Shown here piece after piece: positions 16,157 through 26,884 of a stretch of 50,940 nucleotides of DNA; position 1 is the stretch's first letter, and each line of letters starts with the position of its first letter. Made by a program: the position numbers and the translations under genes. The stretch is from a virus (taxonomy: Duplodnaviria; Caudoviricetes): positions 1 to 50,940 of IMG/VR virus record IMGVR_UViG_3300021432_000013; one strand, written 5' to 3'. The notes under the pieces were generated by a model, which did not search any database, was not told the origin of the DNA, and worked only from the letters and a program-made list of their open reading frames with translations.

Positions 16157-18115
16157 TTATAGGTCGGAAGTAGTATCGGCCAGGCCGGCAGCAGGGAATG
16201 AAATGCCATCCAGCGCCAGATAGGTATTTTGTCCATGCCAAATAGTGACATTGCCAGCCGTGTCAATTCGGACTTCACCGAGAACCAAGGTTCCGGCGTT
16301 ATCACTCACAACCGAGAAACGGCCCGGTTGATCCGGACGGAATCCCACTGGTAACGTGAACATCAGTGTACCTTGCGTGATGGTGCCGGCATTCAAAACG
16401 CCTGCTAGATGCACGGTGCCGAGGATATCCTTATAGAATCTTCCAGATGCAGTAGGTGCAGTCGGACAATTCGCCCAAGCATTTGCAAATGTCGTGATCG
16501 GCTTAATCACGCCCATCGTTCCAATGCCGCCGTCTGTAACCTTGGTTGTGACGGCAGACCCGTAATTGTTAGCACCGATCCGCGTATTCGTCGCTGTCGC
16601 GCCAACGACAATCGCTACTGCGCTAGCATTCGAATTGACGAAAGTGTTTTCAGAGACAAGTGCGCCTTGCGTGTTGTTGATGTACAGACAGCCGGAATTA
16701 ACCACACTTGAAAACAGCCCGAAGTGGTTCCCGCGAATCTCCGGCAAGTTCATGGTGCCGTTGCCACCAGATACATTCATCATGTAGGTTGCACCACCAG
16801 TGAACGTTACTGTTTGTTCGCAGTTATTGCGCAAGAACTTGAAACGTGAACCGGCATCAATTTGCGCGACGCCACCGGTTGTGGTGATATTGTTATCCAC
16901 GATCGATAACAATGATGCACCCGAAACATTGGATGCATAAATACCTACGTTTGTCCCAGTGATGATATTTTTGTGAATGCAGTTTGAATCACCAGTATTT
17001 TGTAGATTGATGCCGCCGTAAAACATACTGTTTTCGAGATTGGCGCAATACATACCGCCATTCACATTGTTCGCTGGGTTATTAATCGCCAAGAAAGCAA
17101 CGCCAGACCCTTGCAAAATAGCGGTATCACGCAGCGTGAACTTAGGATTGAAAGACCCGGCAACATTGGTGTCCATATAAATGCCAGCCAGACCAACGCG
17201 TGTACCAGTCAGCGGGCTGCCAAGAGCAAACTTTTCCATCACGGTCAGATAGAACGCATTCGCTGGATTTGGTGCGATATGGATGTTATTGTTACCGGCG
17301 CCAAACCCAGCAGTCGGCTTCAGCGCTGAATAAAATCCATCACCATAATAATGACCGGGTGTAGTGATGTTCAGTGCTGTCCCAAAATTCAAAGCTTTAT
17401 TTGGGATATGTGCGACGTTACTATCTGTATTCAAACTGAATGCATTATTCAGAGCGGTTGCATTGTCCGCATTCGCTGGTAATACTTGGAATTGCCCGAC
17501 GTTCGGGTAGTTGAATTGGAACAGTTTCCAGCGGCCGCCGTCAGTCGCTACGATCAGGTCAATGCCGTTATCGGTCGAAGTCGTATCAGTACTGTCGTAC
17601 CAGAACTGACCTCCGCCGCCATCCCCATTTGCTGCAGCACCGGTCGCCAACGCATACTTCACCGAATTATGCGCCAGCGCGCGCAGGGCCGTAAATGAAG
17701 TCACAATCGCCGGTAGGCTCGATACTACATACACGATGATATAGGACCAAGTTGTCGCAGTCGTGCCGGGGATAATAGGATTTGCGCTGGTGATGCCCCA
17801 GAACTGAAATTGTTGGGAGCCACCGATAACAAGCACCGTCGTGCCGCTGACCAGATCCTGCGTGCCGTTCGCGTCAATTGAACGTGTCCATTGGCCAGTG
17901 GCTACATCCCAGATGCCATTATCAATAGGATTGGTCTGATTCTTTACCAGCACACGATCAGGGTAGCCATTGGCACCGATTGCCTTGACTGCTACGCCGT
18001 CGATTGTCTGCTCTCCTGACAGCACAATATTAACTAACGTTGCAGCTTGCACTGGTGCCTTGATTCCCTTATCACCCGTAACACCCATGCGTCGATCTGT
18101 AGTTGCAGAAACCAT
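16157..18115 (-). CDS. Tail fiber/tailspike with probable beta-helix
   Basis: Phage-tail N-terminal module (LSGEQTIDGV...RVLVKNQT...NGIW), GDGGGG.F...DNG...GRW linker, ADNATALNNA beta-helix entry, Asn/Thr-rich repeats, C-terminal FTLPVGFRP domain. Confidence 0.85.
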   Translation of the reverse strand: MVSATTDRRMGVTGDKGIKAPVQAATLVNIVLSGEQTIDGVAVKAIGANGYPDRVLVKNQTNPIDNGIWDVATGQWTRSIDANGTQDLVSGTTVLVIGGSQQFQFWGITSANPIIPGTTATTWSYIIVYVVSSLPAIVTSFTALRALAHNSVKYALATGAAANGDGGGGQFWYDSTDTTSTDNGIDLIVATDGGRWKLFQFNYPNVGQFQVLPANADNATALNNAFSLNTDSNVAHIPNKALNFGTALNITTPGHYYGDGFYSALKPTAGFGAGNNNIHIAPNPANAFYLTVMEKFALGSPLTGTRVGLAGIYMDTNVAGSFNPKFTLRDTAILQGSGVAFLAINNPANNVNGGMYCANLENSMFYGGINLQNTGDSNCIHKNIITGTNVGIYASNVSGASLLSIVDNNITTTGGVAQIDAGSRFKFLRNNCEQTVTFTGGATYMMNVSGGNGTMNLPEIRGNHFGLFSSVVNSGCLYINNTQGALVSENTFVNSNASAVAIVVGATATNTRIGANNYGSAVTTKVTDGGIGTMGVIKPITTFANAWANCPTAPTASGRFYKDILGTVHLAGVLNAGTITQGTLMFTLPVGFRPDQPGRFSVVSDNAGTLVLGEVRIDTAGNVTIWHGQNTYLALDGISFPAAGLADTTSDL

Positions 18116-18209
18116 TTTTATTTCCTTGTGTGAGAACCGAAGAATCCGCCAGCCCGCTACCTGCGAGGAGGAGAGATTCAGCTAACGCGCTGACGGCCTT
18201 CGGTTCGGT

Positions 18210-21200
18210 TTAATGTTCTGGTACTTTGCCTTTTAATAATCCCTGCACCCAATCCGCGATCGAATGCGGGTCAGCATCTCCATTCGTGTAATCCCATAGG
18301 AACTTGGTTGCCCTGAACGGCGCCGCAGTCGGCAAACCGGTCAGGTAGCCGGCAGCTTCTGCGGTATGCTTTGCCAGATTCGGCGGCGCTTCGCCTTCGT
18401 CAATTCCTTGGTAGATATCGCGGCCCGATTTAATGACTGTGTTGACTGCCTTGGCTACCGGACTCATTTCGTAATCGCGCCCTTCGATGGATGCCTTGGC
18501 AATGTCGCGCAAAACTGGGATGCCGGCCGGGATCTCGGCCGTAATCGCTTTCGCTGCCCATCCTGCCCAGGTTTCTTCCTTATCTTGATTCGGCCCCTGG
18601 TTCTGCGCGAATGCCTCGATGAAGGCAGGCATCGCCACGTACCACCAACTGCGCGCTAGCACAGAGCCGAAATCCTTCGATGCGGCCTTGTAGTCGCCCG
18701 CTTTCAGGTTGCCAATGCCGGACGATGCATCAATGCCGATAGAGCGTTGCCGGTTGTAGACATGGTTAAAGAAGTTGTAGAACATCGTCAACATCTGGAT
18801 CGGGCCTTTCTTGGTCTGGATCGCTGACTTGTCCACCAGTCCATTGCCGCCGTGGGCATTGCGCACGGTCTGGTCGGCATAATAGACAGCGTCGGCGTCC
18901 TGCATATTTTCAGAGAGGCCTTTGCGATACGCGCCTAGCCAGGTCGGTGCGGCAGTGCCTAAGTCCATATAGGAAATACCAATATGTCCAAAGTGCTGCG
19001 CCTGCTGCTGAAACTTGGTATAGGCACTATCCTTGAACAAATTAGCGTATTGCCCATTCACGTCTTGGTCATAATGCTGAAGGCGCTGCGCCATGTCTGG
19101 CGACTTGTCCTTGATGAACTGCCATTTCTCCGTCATGCCTGGGCCGTACAGTTCGCGGGTGCCGGCCAGCATCCACTTGGCACCAAGTTCACCCATGCTG
19201 TTTGATAGAGCAGTTGTTGCATGCTTGAAGTGCGTCATCGCATTAAAGCCGATGCCGACGATCACGGTATTCGTACGCGCCGTCGCGAGAATGCGATTCC
19301 ATCCCATCAACTGCGCATCGTCAATGCTGCGTGAATTGGCGATGTTTTGCAGCCATGGGCGCATCAGCTTGCGATATTCCGGCCCCATCACATCATCCAT
19401 GGCTTTCTTAACGTCTGGATGGTTCAATAGTCGGTCAGCATCGCGCAAGGCTTCACGCATGGCAATGTCGTGGATGGTCTGGCCGATCTTCCAGGGCGCA
19501 ATGTCGAGATCAAACGAGATAGGACGTTGACCGCCTATGCGACTGATTGTGTTGCCGTGCGGCGTGGTGGCGCGCGCGTAGCTGCTCGGGAATAGCTTGT
19601 CGGTTTCCTTGTTGGAGTTATCCTCTGCCCGGTATGAGCGCGCCTTATCTTCCACGATTGGGTAATAGCCGCCTTCATACTTGCCATACGGCGTGTCGAA
19701 GGCGTCCGCATGCACCATGTCCAGCCCGACACCCGTAGCGCGCACCTGCAAATCATCGAGAGGTTTTTTGTATTTATCGTAGGCATCCCAGACCTTTTGC
19801 GCGAAATCGAAATCTTCCTTCGTCGCATGCCGGTCGAGATAGCCAGTGAACGCTTCCTTTGACCACTTATAGCCCTCGGCGGCGCGGGTGATATTGCCGT
19901 CATTGCCACGGTTTAAGATCATCCCTATCAAGTCTTTACGCAAAATCTTGATGGGGCGGCCAGTCTTCGGATCGATCAGAGCTTCATCGGCTGGCACGAC
20001 CTCGCGCAAACCCTTTATCCAGCCCTTCGGCATGGTATCCGCAGCAGCCTTGAAATCCTTGGCGGTATCTTCAGACCAGGCATTGCGGTTATGTTCAGCG
20101 TCCTTCATGCGCCGGAAGATTGCCGTATTCAAGATGCCGAACGGGTCGCGTTGGTCGATCTGGCTGAATAGCTCCTCCATCCGCACCAGCAACGCGTCAG
20201 TCCCACGACCAGCGGCGAACAGCGCTTCTTTCTTGCGCTCCCAGAATGGCGCGCTCTGTGGATTCATGAAATCAGTCTGCTTGCGCTCATTCAATGAACG
20301 GATCTGTGCGACGATCTCATCCTTAACTTCCTTGAAGTCGCGCTGCGCTCCATCGACATTGATGATCATGTCGCTCTTGCCGACTTCCTGCATACCATGT
20401 ACAGCCAGCGCCAGCGCTTTGAATTCAGAAAGCTTCATGTCGTCTACCCTGCCGCCAGCCGCATTGAATAGTGACTGATCGACTGGTAATTCGATGCCAT
20501 GATCTTCCGACTGCTGCTTGACGAATTCCTCCAGCGTGCCGGACTTGGTACGCTGCAATTCCTCGCCGCGTCCAGAATCGAAGCCGAAGCGGGATATCAA
20601 GTCATGAATCTGGTTAGTGAACTCCTGCGCGATGTTCTTGAATGACTTCTTAGCCGCCAGCCGCGCCATCATGCCCTGATCCTTGTCGATCTGCGCGGAA
20701 TATTCTTTTGCCTTTACGTACAGGATGTTGGACAGGATTTGGCGCTGCTTGGCGGCGGCGGCTGCATTCCAGTCTTTCTTTAGAATCGCGTCCTGCACTT
20801 CGCGTGCGGCCTTACGCTCATCGCGTGCATATTTATTGAAATTGCCAATGTCGGCCACTGTCTTCGATTCCAGCAGCGTGGCGACATGCGCCCGTACCGC
20901 ATCCAGCATCGGCTTGGTGATGACGGTGGCTTCGCGCAATGCTGCTTGCGTCGTGTTGCGCTCGGCATCGTTCCAGCGGTTAGTCATGTTCAGGTCGGCT
21001 AGCTTCTGCTTCAGCTCATCGATCTTGGCTTCTGTCTTGGCCTGCTTGATCTGGTTCAACAGGTCAGCTTCGGCAGCATCCCAATCGGCTTTAGTCTGCA
21101 CTTCCTTGACAGCGTTACGGCCCTTACCGCGTTCGAGCAACGCTTGCGCACCCATGCGTTTCAGATAGCGCAACTCGGTTGCCAGCAATTCGGTCTGCTT

Positions 21201-24200
21201 GTCGGAATGGATCGCAGCCATCGCCTCATCCTGCATGGATTTTTCATCGAGGATGTCGCCATGCTTTTCGTCCATCCGGCTCTGTGCCTCCTGATCAATC
21301 AGAATTTGCCGGATACCGCGTTTCTCTCCGTCCTGCAATCGGGCTTCGCGCTGCTGTTGCTCCAAGGCCTGCAATGCTTTGACCATCTCGTCGCCCGAAC
21401 CATAGCCCAGCATCTCGGCGGCGATGTCGGGGTGGACGCCCTCTTTCGCGGTAGAGCCTTTGGGTAGGTTGGTGACGCCCTCCTTGCCGTAGGTAGTTTC
21501 GATGTCCGCACGCGACAGCTTCCATGACGATTCTGACGTGCTTCCATCCGGCATCCGATCCTTCGTCACCAGTTGCAGCGCCTGGATATCTGGACGCTTA
21601 TCGACTTCTGTGGCGATCTGCTCCTTGATAGCAGTCAATTCAGTTTTATATTCGGCAGTCCTCTGATGCCGTACCTTCGCCATCATCTTATCCAGCATGG
21701 TTGACTCGGCCATCTGGTTCGCCTTATCGATCGCACCGGTGTATGACCGCCATTCAGCCGTGGTCATACCCGCTTCTTCCTTCGACTTGAAGGCAGGTTG
21801 CAACCCTTGATTCGCCTTGGCGTCATCAATCTCGTTATCGGTTGCCAGTAGGCGGTCGAACACACCGCGAATATCATCGCTGATCTGCGTATTCAGGTTC
21901 TTGACGTTCTGATAAATCTTCGTCAGCCAAGTCTTGAAACGCGAGAACACACCTGCCAATGCTGGAGTGGGCGACTTGCCTTCCATGAAATAGGCTTCGA
22001 CCGCGCGCGCGAACTGCTCATGTTGCTCGACACCGATCTTGTCTGCGCTATCGACACCCAGCCATTGCAGCGTGGTCGCCATGTCGTCTTTGAGTTGCTG
22101 CGGTGCGCCGTCTATCTGAGCATCCTTGCTCAGCTCATCTAACCAGAGGTGACCTGTCTCATGGATCAAGGTTGATGCGTTCCCATCCTTGAAGATTGAG
22201 ATCAGTGCCTTACCATCGCTGAATGTGATCGACCCACGCGTAGGCTGATTCAATGTTTTGGCAGGCTCAGTGATTAATCCGCGCTTCTGTAAAGCGCTAA
22301 CCATCTTGGCGCCAACTTCCGTATGAGCGCGCCCAGGTGCAATCTTGTAGCCTGCATCCTGTACCGCCTTATACATTTCGGCGGCGATACCTTTTCCTTG
22401 AAAATTTGGCGCTACCTTGGCATTTTCAGCTGATACGGTGCCATCATCATGTATAGCGAAATCGACAAAACCACGGCGTGCGCCGCTTTCTTTGTCATGG
22501 ACTTCGACCATCAGAGAATTAGGCTTCGTAGCATCAACGCCAAAGGTCTTCGGTGTAATCTTCAGATCGTATGATTTACCATTCTTGTCGGTGATTTCAT
22601 GGCTGGCGATCGGTTCAGCCATAGACTGCGAAAAGTTACGCCCTTCGCCAGCTGGAACTGTATCTGCCTTCTGAATCTCGACACCTGATTGCTTATAGGC
22701 TTCCATCGGATCGACGCCGAGACGCTCAGCCCGCGCCGCGTACCTGCTTGCGTAAATCGCCGCATGTTGATTCGCCTGCGTCTCGGAATAGCCAGCCTTG
22801 ACCGCTTGCTGCTTGACATCGTCAAAGATGCCTTGCGTAGGACTAGGCGCAGAATCAGCTGAGTTTGCTGCGACTTCCGAAGCCGCATTCAACCGTGTCT
22901 GATATTCCTCGTGGAATGCCTTGGCTTCGTTGACTGACATGGCGTTCGCACCGACGCGGATATCTGGCAATAGATGGTCAGCCAGAGGCGTTCCAGACAG
23001 ATGCGTCAGGTAGTCAGCGGATGGAATAACTACATCGCCGCCGGAGTCGCGCGCCTCCTGCAACTGCTGATGCATGTCAGGTACGAACGCGAACGGGTCG
23101 CCTACCTTCTGGATTTGGTCAGGGTCTATTCCTACCGATTGATAGAATTCGCGAATCTTGTTGGCATCAATGTAGATGTTTTCGACTGGCGAACCATCTG
23201 TCTGTTTCTGCATGAAATCTTGGAACGCTTGGCTGTCGCGGTCACGGAGTTTAGAACTGGCTGCGCCATCTTGCAGATTTTTGAACATTTGCATGTTCGA
23301 CTCTGACCGCTGCGCTGCCTGGAAGTCTCCGTACAGCCCGATGCCATGCATCGCCGCATGCGTCGCGCCCAGCATTACGGCACCGTTTAGCGCAGCATCT
23401 GTCAGACGGTCAATGATCTCCTGCTTGTTGGTGTCGAAATGACCATCACTTAATGCTTTGCCGATTTCCTCACCAATGATGGAGCTACCTTCCATTGCAG
23501 TCATGATGCCAGCGCCTTGCGCCGCACCAGTTGCCGTACCCTTGGCAAAGGTTGCCATCGCATTCGTGAAAGTTGGCCTAGTCACGGCCTGATCTAGCGC
23601 TTTTTGCGCCAGACTTTCTGCTGTCTCACCAAACAGCTTGCTTTCGACAGCAGCAGCGTAGGTGCCGACTGCATAAGTCGCAGCCCCAGTGAACAGAGCG
23701 CCGAACTGTTTAGCGGGTTCGGACATCTGCTGGCCATCTGCGCCACGCATATTGCCCATCTTCAGATAAGCATTACCAGCGGCTACCCGCGCCATGTCCG
23801 CATTGAAGCCGATCGTACCGCCGACAGCAAAGCCCGCGGCCGCGCCAGGGATTGCCCCGACGCCGCCAGCCGCCGCACCAGCGGCGGCGCCAGCACCAGC
23901 ACCAGCGACGGCACCAGTCATGCCGCCTTTAATCGCGTTATCGAGCAGACCGCCAATAAAACCAGTAAAGTTCTGCACGAAACCGAATCCACCAGTCAAC
24001 TTTGGTTGCGCCTGCAACTGCTGGCCGACTGCTTGAATCTCCTGATCTGTCTGAGGCGTATCTATGCCAAGAATACCGGCAACTTGCTTAGTATTGCCCA
24101 ATCTTCCTAGTTCATTCTGTTGCAACGCTCCGGTAGTCCCAGACTTCAATGCATCCCATGTTTTCTCAATGAATCCGAGCTTTTGGAAATCATCCTGTGC

Positions 24201-24566
24201 CAAGCGCGCCGCGAGCGGGTTCTGTGCGACAAACGAAGCAAGATTTGGATTTTGATCCAGCGTATCAACATTCTGTTTCAGTTGTGCCTGTTGTTCATAA
24301 TTCGGCAAGTCCTGTTCGACGGCCGGCTGCGGCACGCCGTTTTGCTTCGACAACTGCAATGCCTTGGCGGCTTTATCTGGATTTGAACCTTGTGCATTAA
24401 GCAGATTTTGAGTAGCTAATACAGCGCCAGCTCGATCCATATTGGAAAACATGCTGTCATAGACATCAGGTTTGCTGACAGGTGGAGCAGCCAGTGCATT
24501 CGATACGTCCGGCGCACTCGGCGCTTTGTCCATATTCGCAAACATCGTGTCAAAAGCATCGCTCAT
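18210..24566 (-). CDS. Large internal virion (DNA ejection) protein with embedded GNAT and HExxH domains
   Basis: 2118 aa in the T7 gp16-equivalent position; Gly/Ala-rich membrane-like stretch; VAPNFQGKGIA; STLIHETGHLWL...HEQFARAVEAY. Confidence 0.8.
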   Translation of the reverse strand: MSDAFDTMFANMDKAPSAPDVSNALAAPPVSKPDVYDSMFSNMDRAGAVLATQNLLNAQGSNPDKAAKALQLSKQNGVPQPAVEQDLPNYEQQAQLKQNVDTLDQNPNLASFVAQNPLAARLAQDDFQKLGFIEKTWDALKSGTTGALQQNELGRLGNTKQVAGILGIDTPQTDQEIQAVGQQLQAQPKLTGGFGFVQNFTGFIGGLLDNAIKGGMTGAVAGAGAGAAAGAAAGGVGAIPGAAAGFAVGGTIGFNADMARVAAGNAYLKMGNMRGADGQQMSEPAKQFGALFTGAATYAVGTYAAAVESKLFGETAESLAQKALDQAVTRPTFTNAMATFAKGTATGAAQGAGIMTAMEGSSIIGEEIGKALSDGHFDTNKQEIIDRLTDAALNGAVMLGATHAAMHGIGLYGDFQAAQRSESNMQMFKNLQDGAASSKLRDRDSQAFQDFMQKQTDGSPVENIYIDANKIREFYQSVGIDPDQIQKVGDPFAFVPDMHQQLQEARDSGGDVVIPSADYLTHLSGTPLADHLLPDIRVGANAMSVNEAKAFHEEYQTRLNAASEVAANSADSAPSPTQGIFDDVKQQAVKAGYSETQANQHAAIYASRYAARAERLGVDPMEAYKQSGVEIQKADTVPAGEGRNFSQSMAEPIASHEITDKNGKSYDLKITPKTFGVDATKPNSLMVEVHDKESGARRGFVDFAIHDDGTVSAENAKVAPNFQGKGIAAEMYKAVQDAGYKIAPGRAHTEVGAKMVSALQKRGLITEPAKTLNQPTRGSITFSDGKALISIFKDGNASTLIHETGHLWLDELSKDAQIDGAPQQLKDDMATTLQWLGVDSADKIGVEQHEQFARAVEAYFMEGKSPTPALAGVFSRFKTWLTKIYQNVKNLNTQISDDIRGVFDRLLATDNEIDDAKANQGLQPAFKSKEEAGMTTAEWRSYTGAIDKANQMAESTMLDKMMAKVRHQRTAEYKTELTAIKEQIATEVDKRPDIQALQLVTKDRMPDGSTSESSWKLSRADIETTYGKEGVTNLPKGSTAKEGVHPDIAAEMLGYGSGDEMVKALQALEQQQREARLQDGEKRGIRQILIDQEAQSRMDEKHGDILDEKSMQDEAMAAIHSDKQTELLATELRYLKRMGAQALLERGKGRNAVKEVQTKADWDAAEADLLNQIKQAKTEAKIDELKQKLADLNMTNRWNDAERNTTQAALREATVITKPMLDAVRAHVATLLESKTVADIGNFNKYARDERKAAREVQDAILKKDWNAAAAAKQRQILSNILYVKAKEYSAQIDKDQGMMARLAAKKSFKNIAQEFTNQIHDLISRFGFDSGRGEELQRTKSGTLEEFVKQQSEDHGIELPVDQSLFNAAGGRVDDMKLSEFKALALAVHGMQEVGKSDMIINVDGAQRDFKEVKDEIVAQIRSLNERKQTDFMNPQSAPFWERKKEALFAAGRGTDALLVRMEELFSQIDQRDPFGILNTAIFRRMKDAEHNRNAWSEDTAKDFKAAADTMPKGWIKGLREVVPADEALIDPKTGRPIKILRKDLIGMILNRGNDGNITRAAEGYKWSKEAFTGYLDRHATKEDFDFAQKVWDAYDKYKKPLDDLQVRATGVGLDMVHADAFDTPYGKYEGGYYPIVEDKARSYRAEDNSNKETDKLFPSSYARATTPHGNTISRIGGQRPISFDLDIAPWKIGQTIHDIAMREALRDADRLLNHPDVKKAMDDVMGPEYRKLMRPWLQNIANSRSIDDAQLMGWNRILATARTNTVIVGIGFNAMTHFKHATTALSNSMGELGAKWMLAGTRELYGPGMTEKWQFIKDKSPDMAQRLQHYDQDVNGQYANLFKDSAYTKFQQQAQHFGHIGISYMDLGTAAPTWLGAYRKGLSENMQDADAVYYADQTVRNAHGGNGLVDKSAIQTKKGPIQMLTMFYNFFNHVYNRQRSIGIDASSGIGNLKAGDYKAASKDFGSVLARSWWYVAMPAFIEAFAQNQGPNQDKEETWAGWAAKAITAEIPAGIPVLRDIAKASIEGRDYEMSPVAKAVNTVIKSGRDIYQGIDEGEAPPNLAKHTAEAAGYLTGLPTAAPFRATKFLWDYTNGDADPHSIADWVQGLLKGKVPEH

Positions 24567-26884
24567 TGGTTGCCCTTTGGACGGTTTGCTTTCATTGTTT
24601 GATCAAATGTCATGAGTGCCTGTTGGTCATTGGGATGAAGCACAGACAATACCTTCGCCTGCTGTACTTGCGCATCACTTGGCTGATAGCCATAGCGTTG
24701 TGCTAACTTCGTTGTCAACGTAGCCTTCTCAGCCGGGGCCATCGGGATCACCGCATTCGATTCATTGCCCGCGCCAATCTGGAAAGCTTTCACGGTCTTA
24801 TCGCCAAACCCAAAATAACTGCCGCCAGTGATAGAGGCCTGCGCCAACAATGGGCGCCCAATCGCTTGTATTTCCTGCTGGGTAGGTGCGCGCTTGTTCT
24901 GCGTCTGAAAGCCATCCACTGCATCGCTGAGCAATTTTGTATAGGCGTTGTAGTCATCGTAAGAGGCAGTGCTACCTTTTTCAGCGGCACTCGGTAACTT
25001 GATCTTAGCGATTTCCATATCTGGCTTCATGATGGAAATCGCCTTTTCGATGTTCGCACCTTTGGCCATATTCTTGTCGATAGCCTGCCATGCTGAATAA
25101 ACTTGATTCTGGTTCGCCCGCGGTAGCCCTTGCGTGGCATTCACGATATCCAGACTTTTGAATGCCACGGGATCATTGATCGCCTGCCCCATGAGTGCCA
25201 GCGTCTTGCGGTCAGTGTCAGGTGTCGGCACAACCTTATCAGGGGTTTGATTCGAATCCCATAGGTTCATCAGGGAGTGCTGATTCTGGGGAGATAGTTG
25301 CGCAAACGTCGCTTGCTGTGATGGCGGTAGGTCGCTCAGTCCCTTGGCGCCAGATGGCCCGATCGACAAACCCAAGATATTTGAGAAATTGCTATAGTCG
25401 GTTGCCTTCTTAGCCGACAGATCAGATGCCCAGTTCTTGCGCGCCTCAGATACAACTTGATCCTGATAGACGAGATCACCAGGGCGACTGAGTTGCGCTG
25501 CGGCCTTGGCAGAATCTACAACCTTGCCTTCGGCACCCTCCAGATCAGCAGCCGATACGGGCGCTTGCGCGGTACCGTAGATTTGATTGCGCACTGCGGC
25601 CAGGTTGGCAACGTACTGTTTCGTGTTGGGGCCGTTCGGCGTGCCAGGGCCGTAGTACATCTGATCGACCTTCGACATATCGCCGCCTACAGTACCGCCA
25701 TACTTTGCCATCAGTTGCGCCATGCCGTTGATAGATTGTGTCGGGTCAGTGCGATCGGTGACACCAAGGGACTTCGCTGTGTCAGCGGTCAGTTGTCCTA
25801 GCCCGACTGCACCCTGCGAACTGGCTGCATTCGGATTGCCGCCAGATTCAGCGATCATGCGCAACTTCAATTCGGTCGGGCTTACGCCATATTTCGTAGC
25901 TGCATCGCCGATGATTGAATCGTAGGGACTCGGTGCTTTCACTGACGTGACGAGCTTGCTGATCTGGTCTGCACCATACGGCTTTACGGTATCAGCGCCC
26001 ATATCTGGCGGTAGTGGTCCAGTAGGTTTAGGCGTGATAACGCTTTGATAGGCGGTCTGACCCAACATGCGCGAGGTCTGCGCATCATTCGTTGTCTTCA
26101 GTTCGCGCCCTAGCATCAAGCGCGTATCTGGATCGAAGCTCAATTCGTTATCGTGGAAGAATGCCGCCGCCTTAATAGGGTCATCCATCATCATACCTTG
26201 CGTGCGGCTACTCAACGCCGCACTGGTGATCTTCGATTGCTCGGCCTTCGCCATATCCGATGAATAACCATTGCGCGAAAACTTTCCGGCCAACGTTGCA
26301 TTGATGCCATTCATCTCCGTGTCATAGACCAGTTGGTCGTAGGGATGGGCGGCGATATTTTTCAGGCCATTTTGTACCGTAGCATTGTCTGTGTTATTGG
26401 CAAAAACCGTCGTTTGTTGCGCTTGATGGGACAGCAATGAGCTTTGAAACTGCCCAGAGGCGATCTGTGCGCGCTGCTGAAACATCTGCTTTTGCTGTTG
26501 GTTCGCTAGGCTATCGCCGATCTGACTGACGGCATCCTGAAATTGCTGCGTATAGGCCTTGTTGAAATCCTGTCCAACGGCATTTGCGCCTTGCGCCTGC
26601 TTGAAACCAGTCTGTGGATCAAATTCAAGATTCGCCGCAGTCGTCTTCAGCTTATTAAACGCATCTTCGGCACTGATCGCGTCGTACTTCTGATTCGTTT
26701 GCGCGATGATATCGCCGGCCTGCTGCAACTCATTGCCTGCACCCTGGACAATCTGCCCAGCCAGACCAGCAAAGCGCGGATTCGGCGGCTCGTACTGCGC
26801 CACGCCCGCAGATGGTTGCGGGGCTGGGCGCTCGCCTAGCGCAGTGGCGTCTGGGAGGATGCTTGGCATTAGGAGGTCAGCCAA
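24563..26884 (-). CDS. Internal virion protein with lytic transglycosylase (SLT) domain
   Basis: AATKYGV...IAESGGNPNAASSQGAVGLGQL...DPTQSI. Confidence 0.85.
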   Translation of the reverse strand: MADLLMPSILPDATALGERPAPQPSAGVAQYEPPNPRFAGLAGQIVQGAGNELQQAGDIIAQTNQKYDAISAEDAFNKLKTTAANLEFDPQTGFKQAQGANAVGQDFNKAYTQQFQDAVSQIGDSLANQQQKQMFQQRAQIASGQFQSSLLSHQAQQTTVFANNTDNATVQNGLKNIAAHPYDQLVYDTEMNGINATLAGKFSRNGYSSDMAKAEQSKITSAALSSRTQGMMMDDPIKAAAFFHDNELSFDPDTRLMLGRELKTTNDAQTSRMLGQTAYQSVITPKPTGPLPPDMGADTVKPYGADQISKLVTSVKAPSPYDSIIGDAATKYGVSPTELKLRMIAESGGNPNAASSQGAVGLGQLTADTAKSLGVTDRTDPTQSINGMAQLMAKYGGTVGGDMSKVDQMYYGPGTPNGPNTKQYVANLAAVRNQIYGTAQAPVSAADLEGAEGKVVDSAKAAAQLSRPGDLVYQDQVVSEARKNWASDLSAKKATDYSNFSNILGLSIGPSGAKGLSDLPPSQQATFAQLSPQNQHSLMNLWDSNQTPDKVVPTPDTDRKTLALMGQAINDPVAFKSLDIVNATQGLPRANQNQVYSAWQAIDKNMAKGANIEKAISIMKPDMEIAKIKLPSAAEKGSTASYDDYNAYTKLLSDAVDGFQTQNKRAPTQQEIQAIGRPLLAQASITGGSYFGFGDKTVKAFQIGAGNESNAVIPMAPAEKATLTTKLAQRYGYQPSDAQVQQAKVLSVLHPNDQQALMTFDQTMKANRPKGNQ

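Noticed and set aside
16157-18210. Diversity-generating retroelement as in BPP-1-like phages
   Set aside because: No reverse transcriptase and no template/variable repeat pair were seen near the tail gene.
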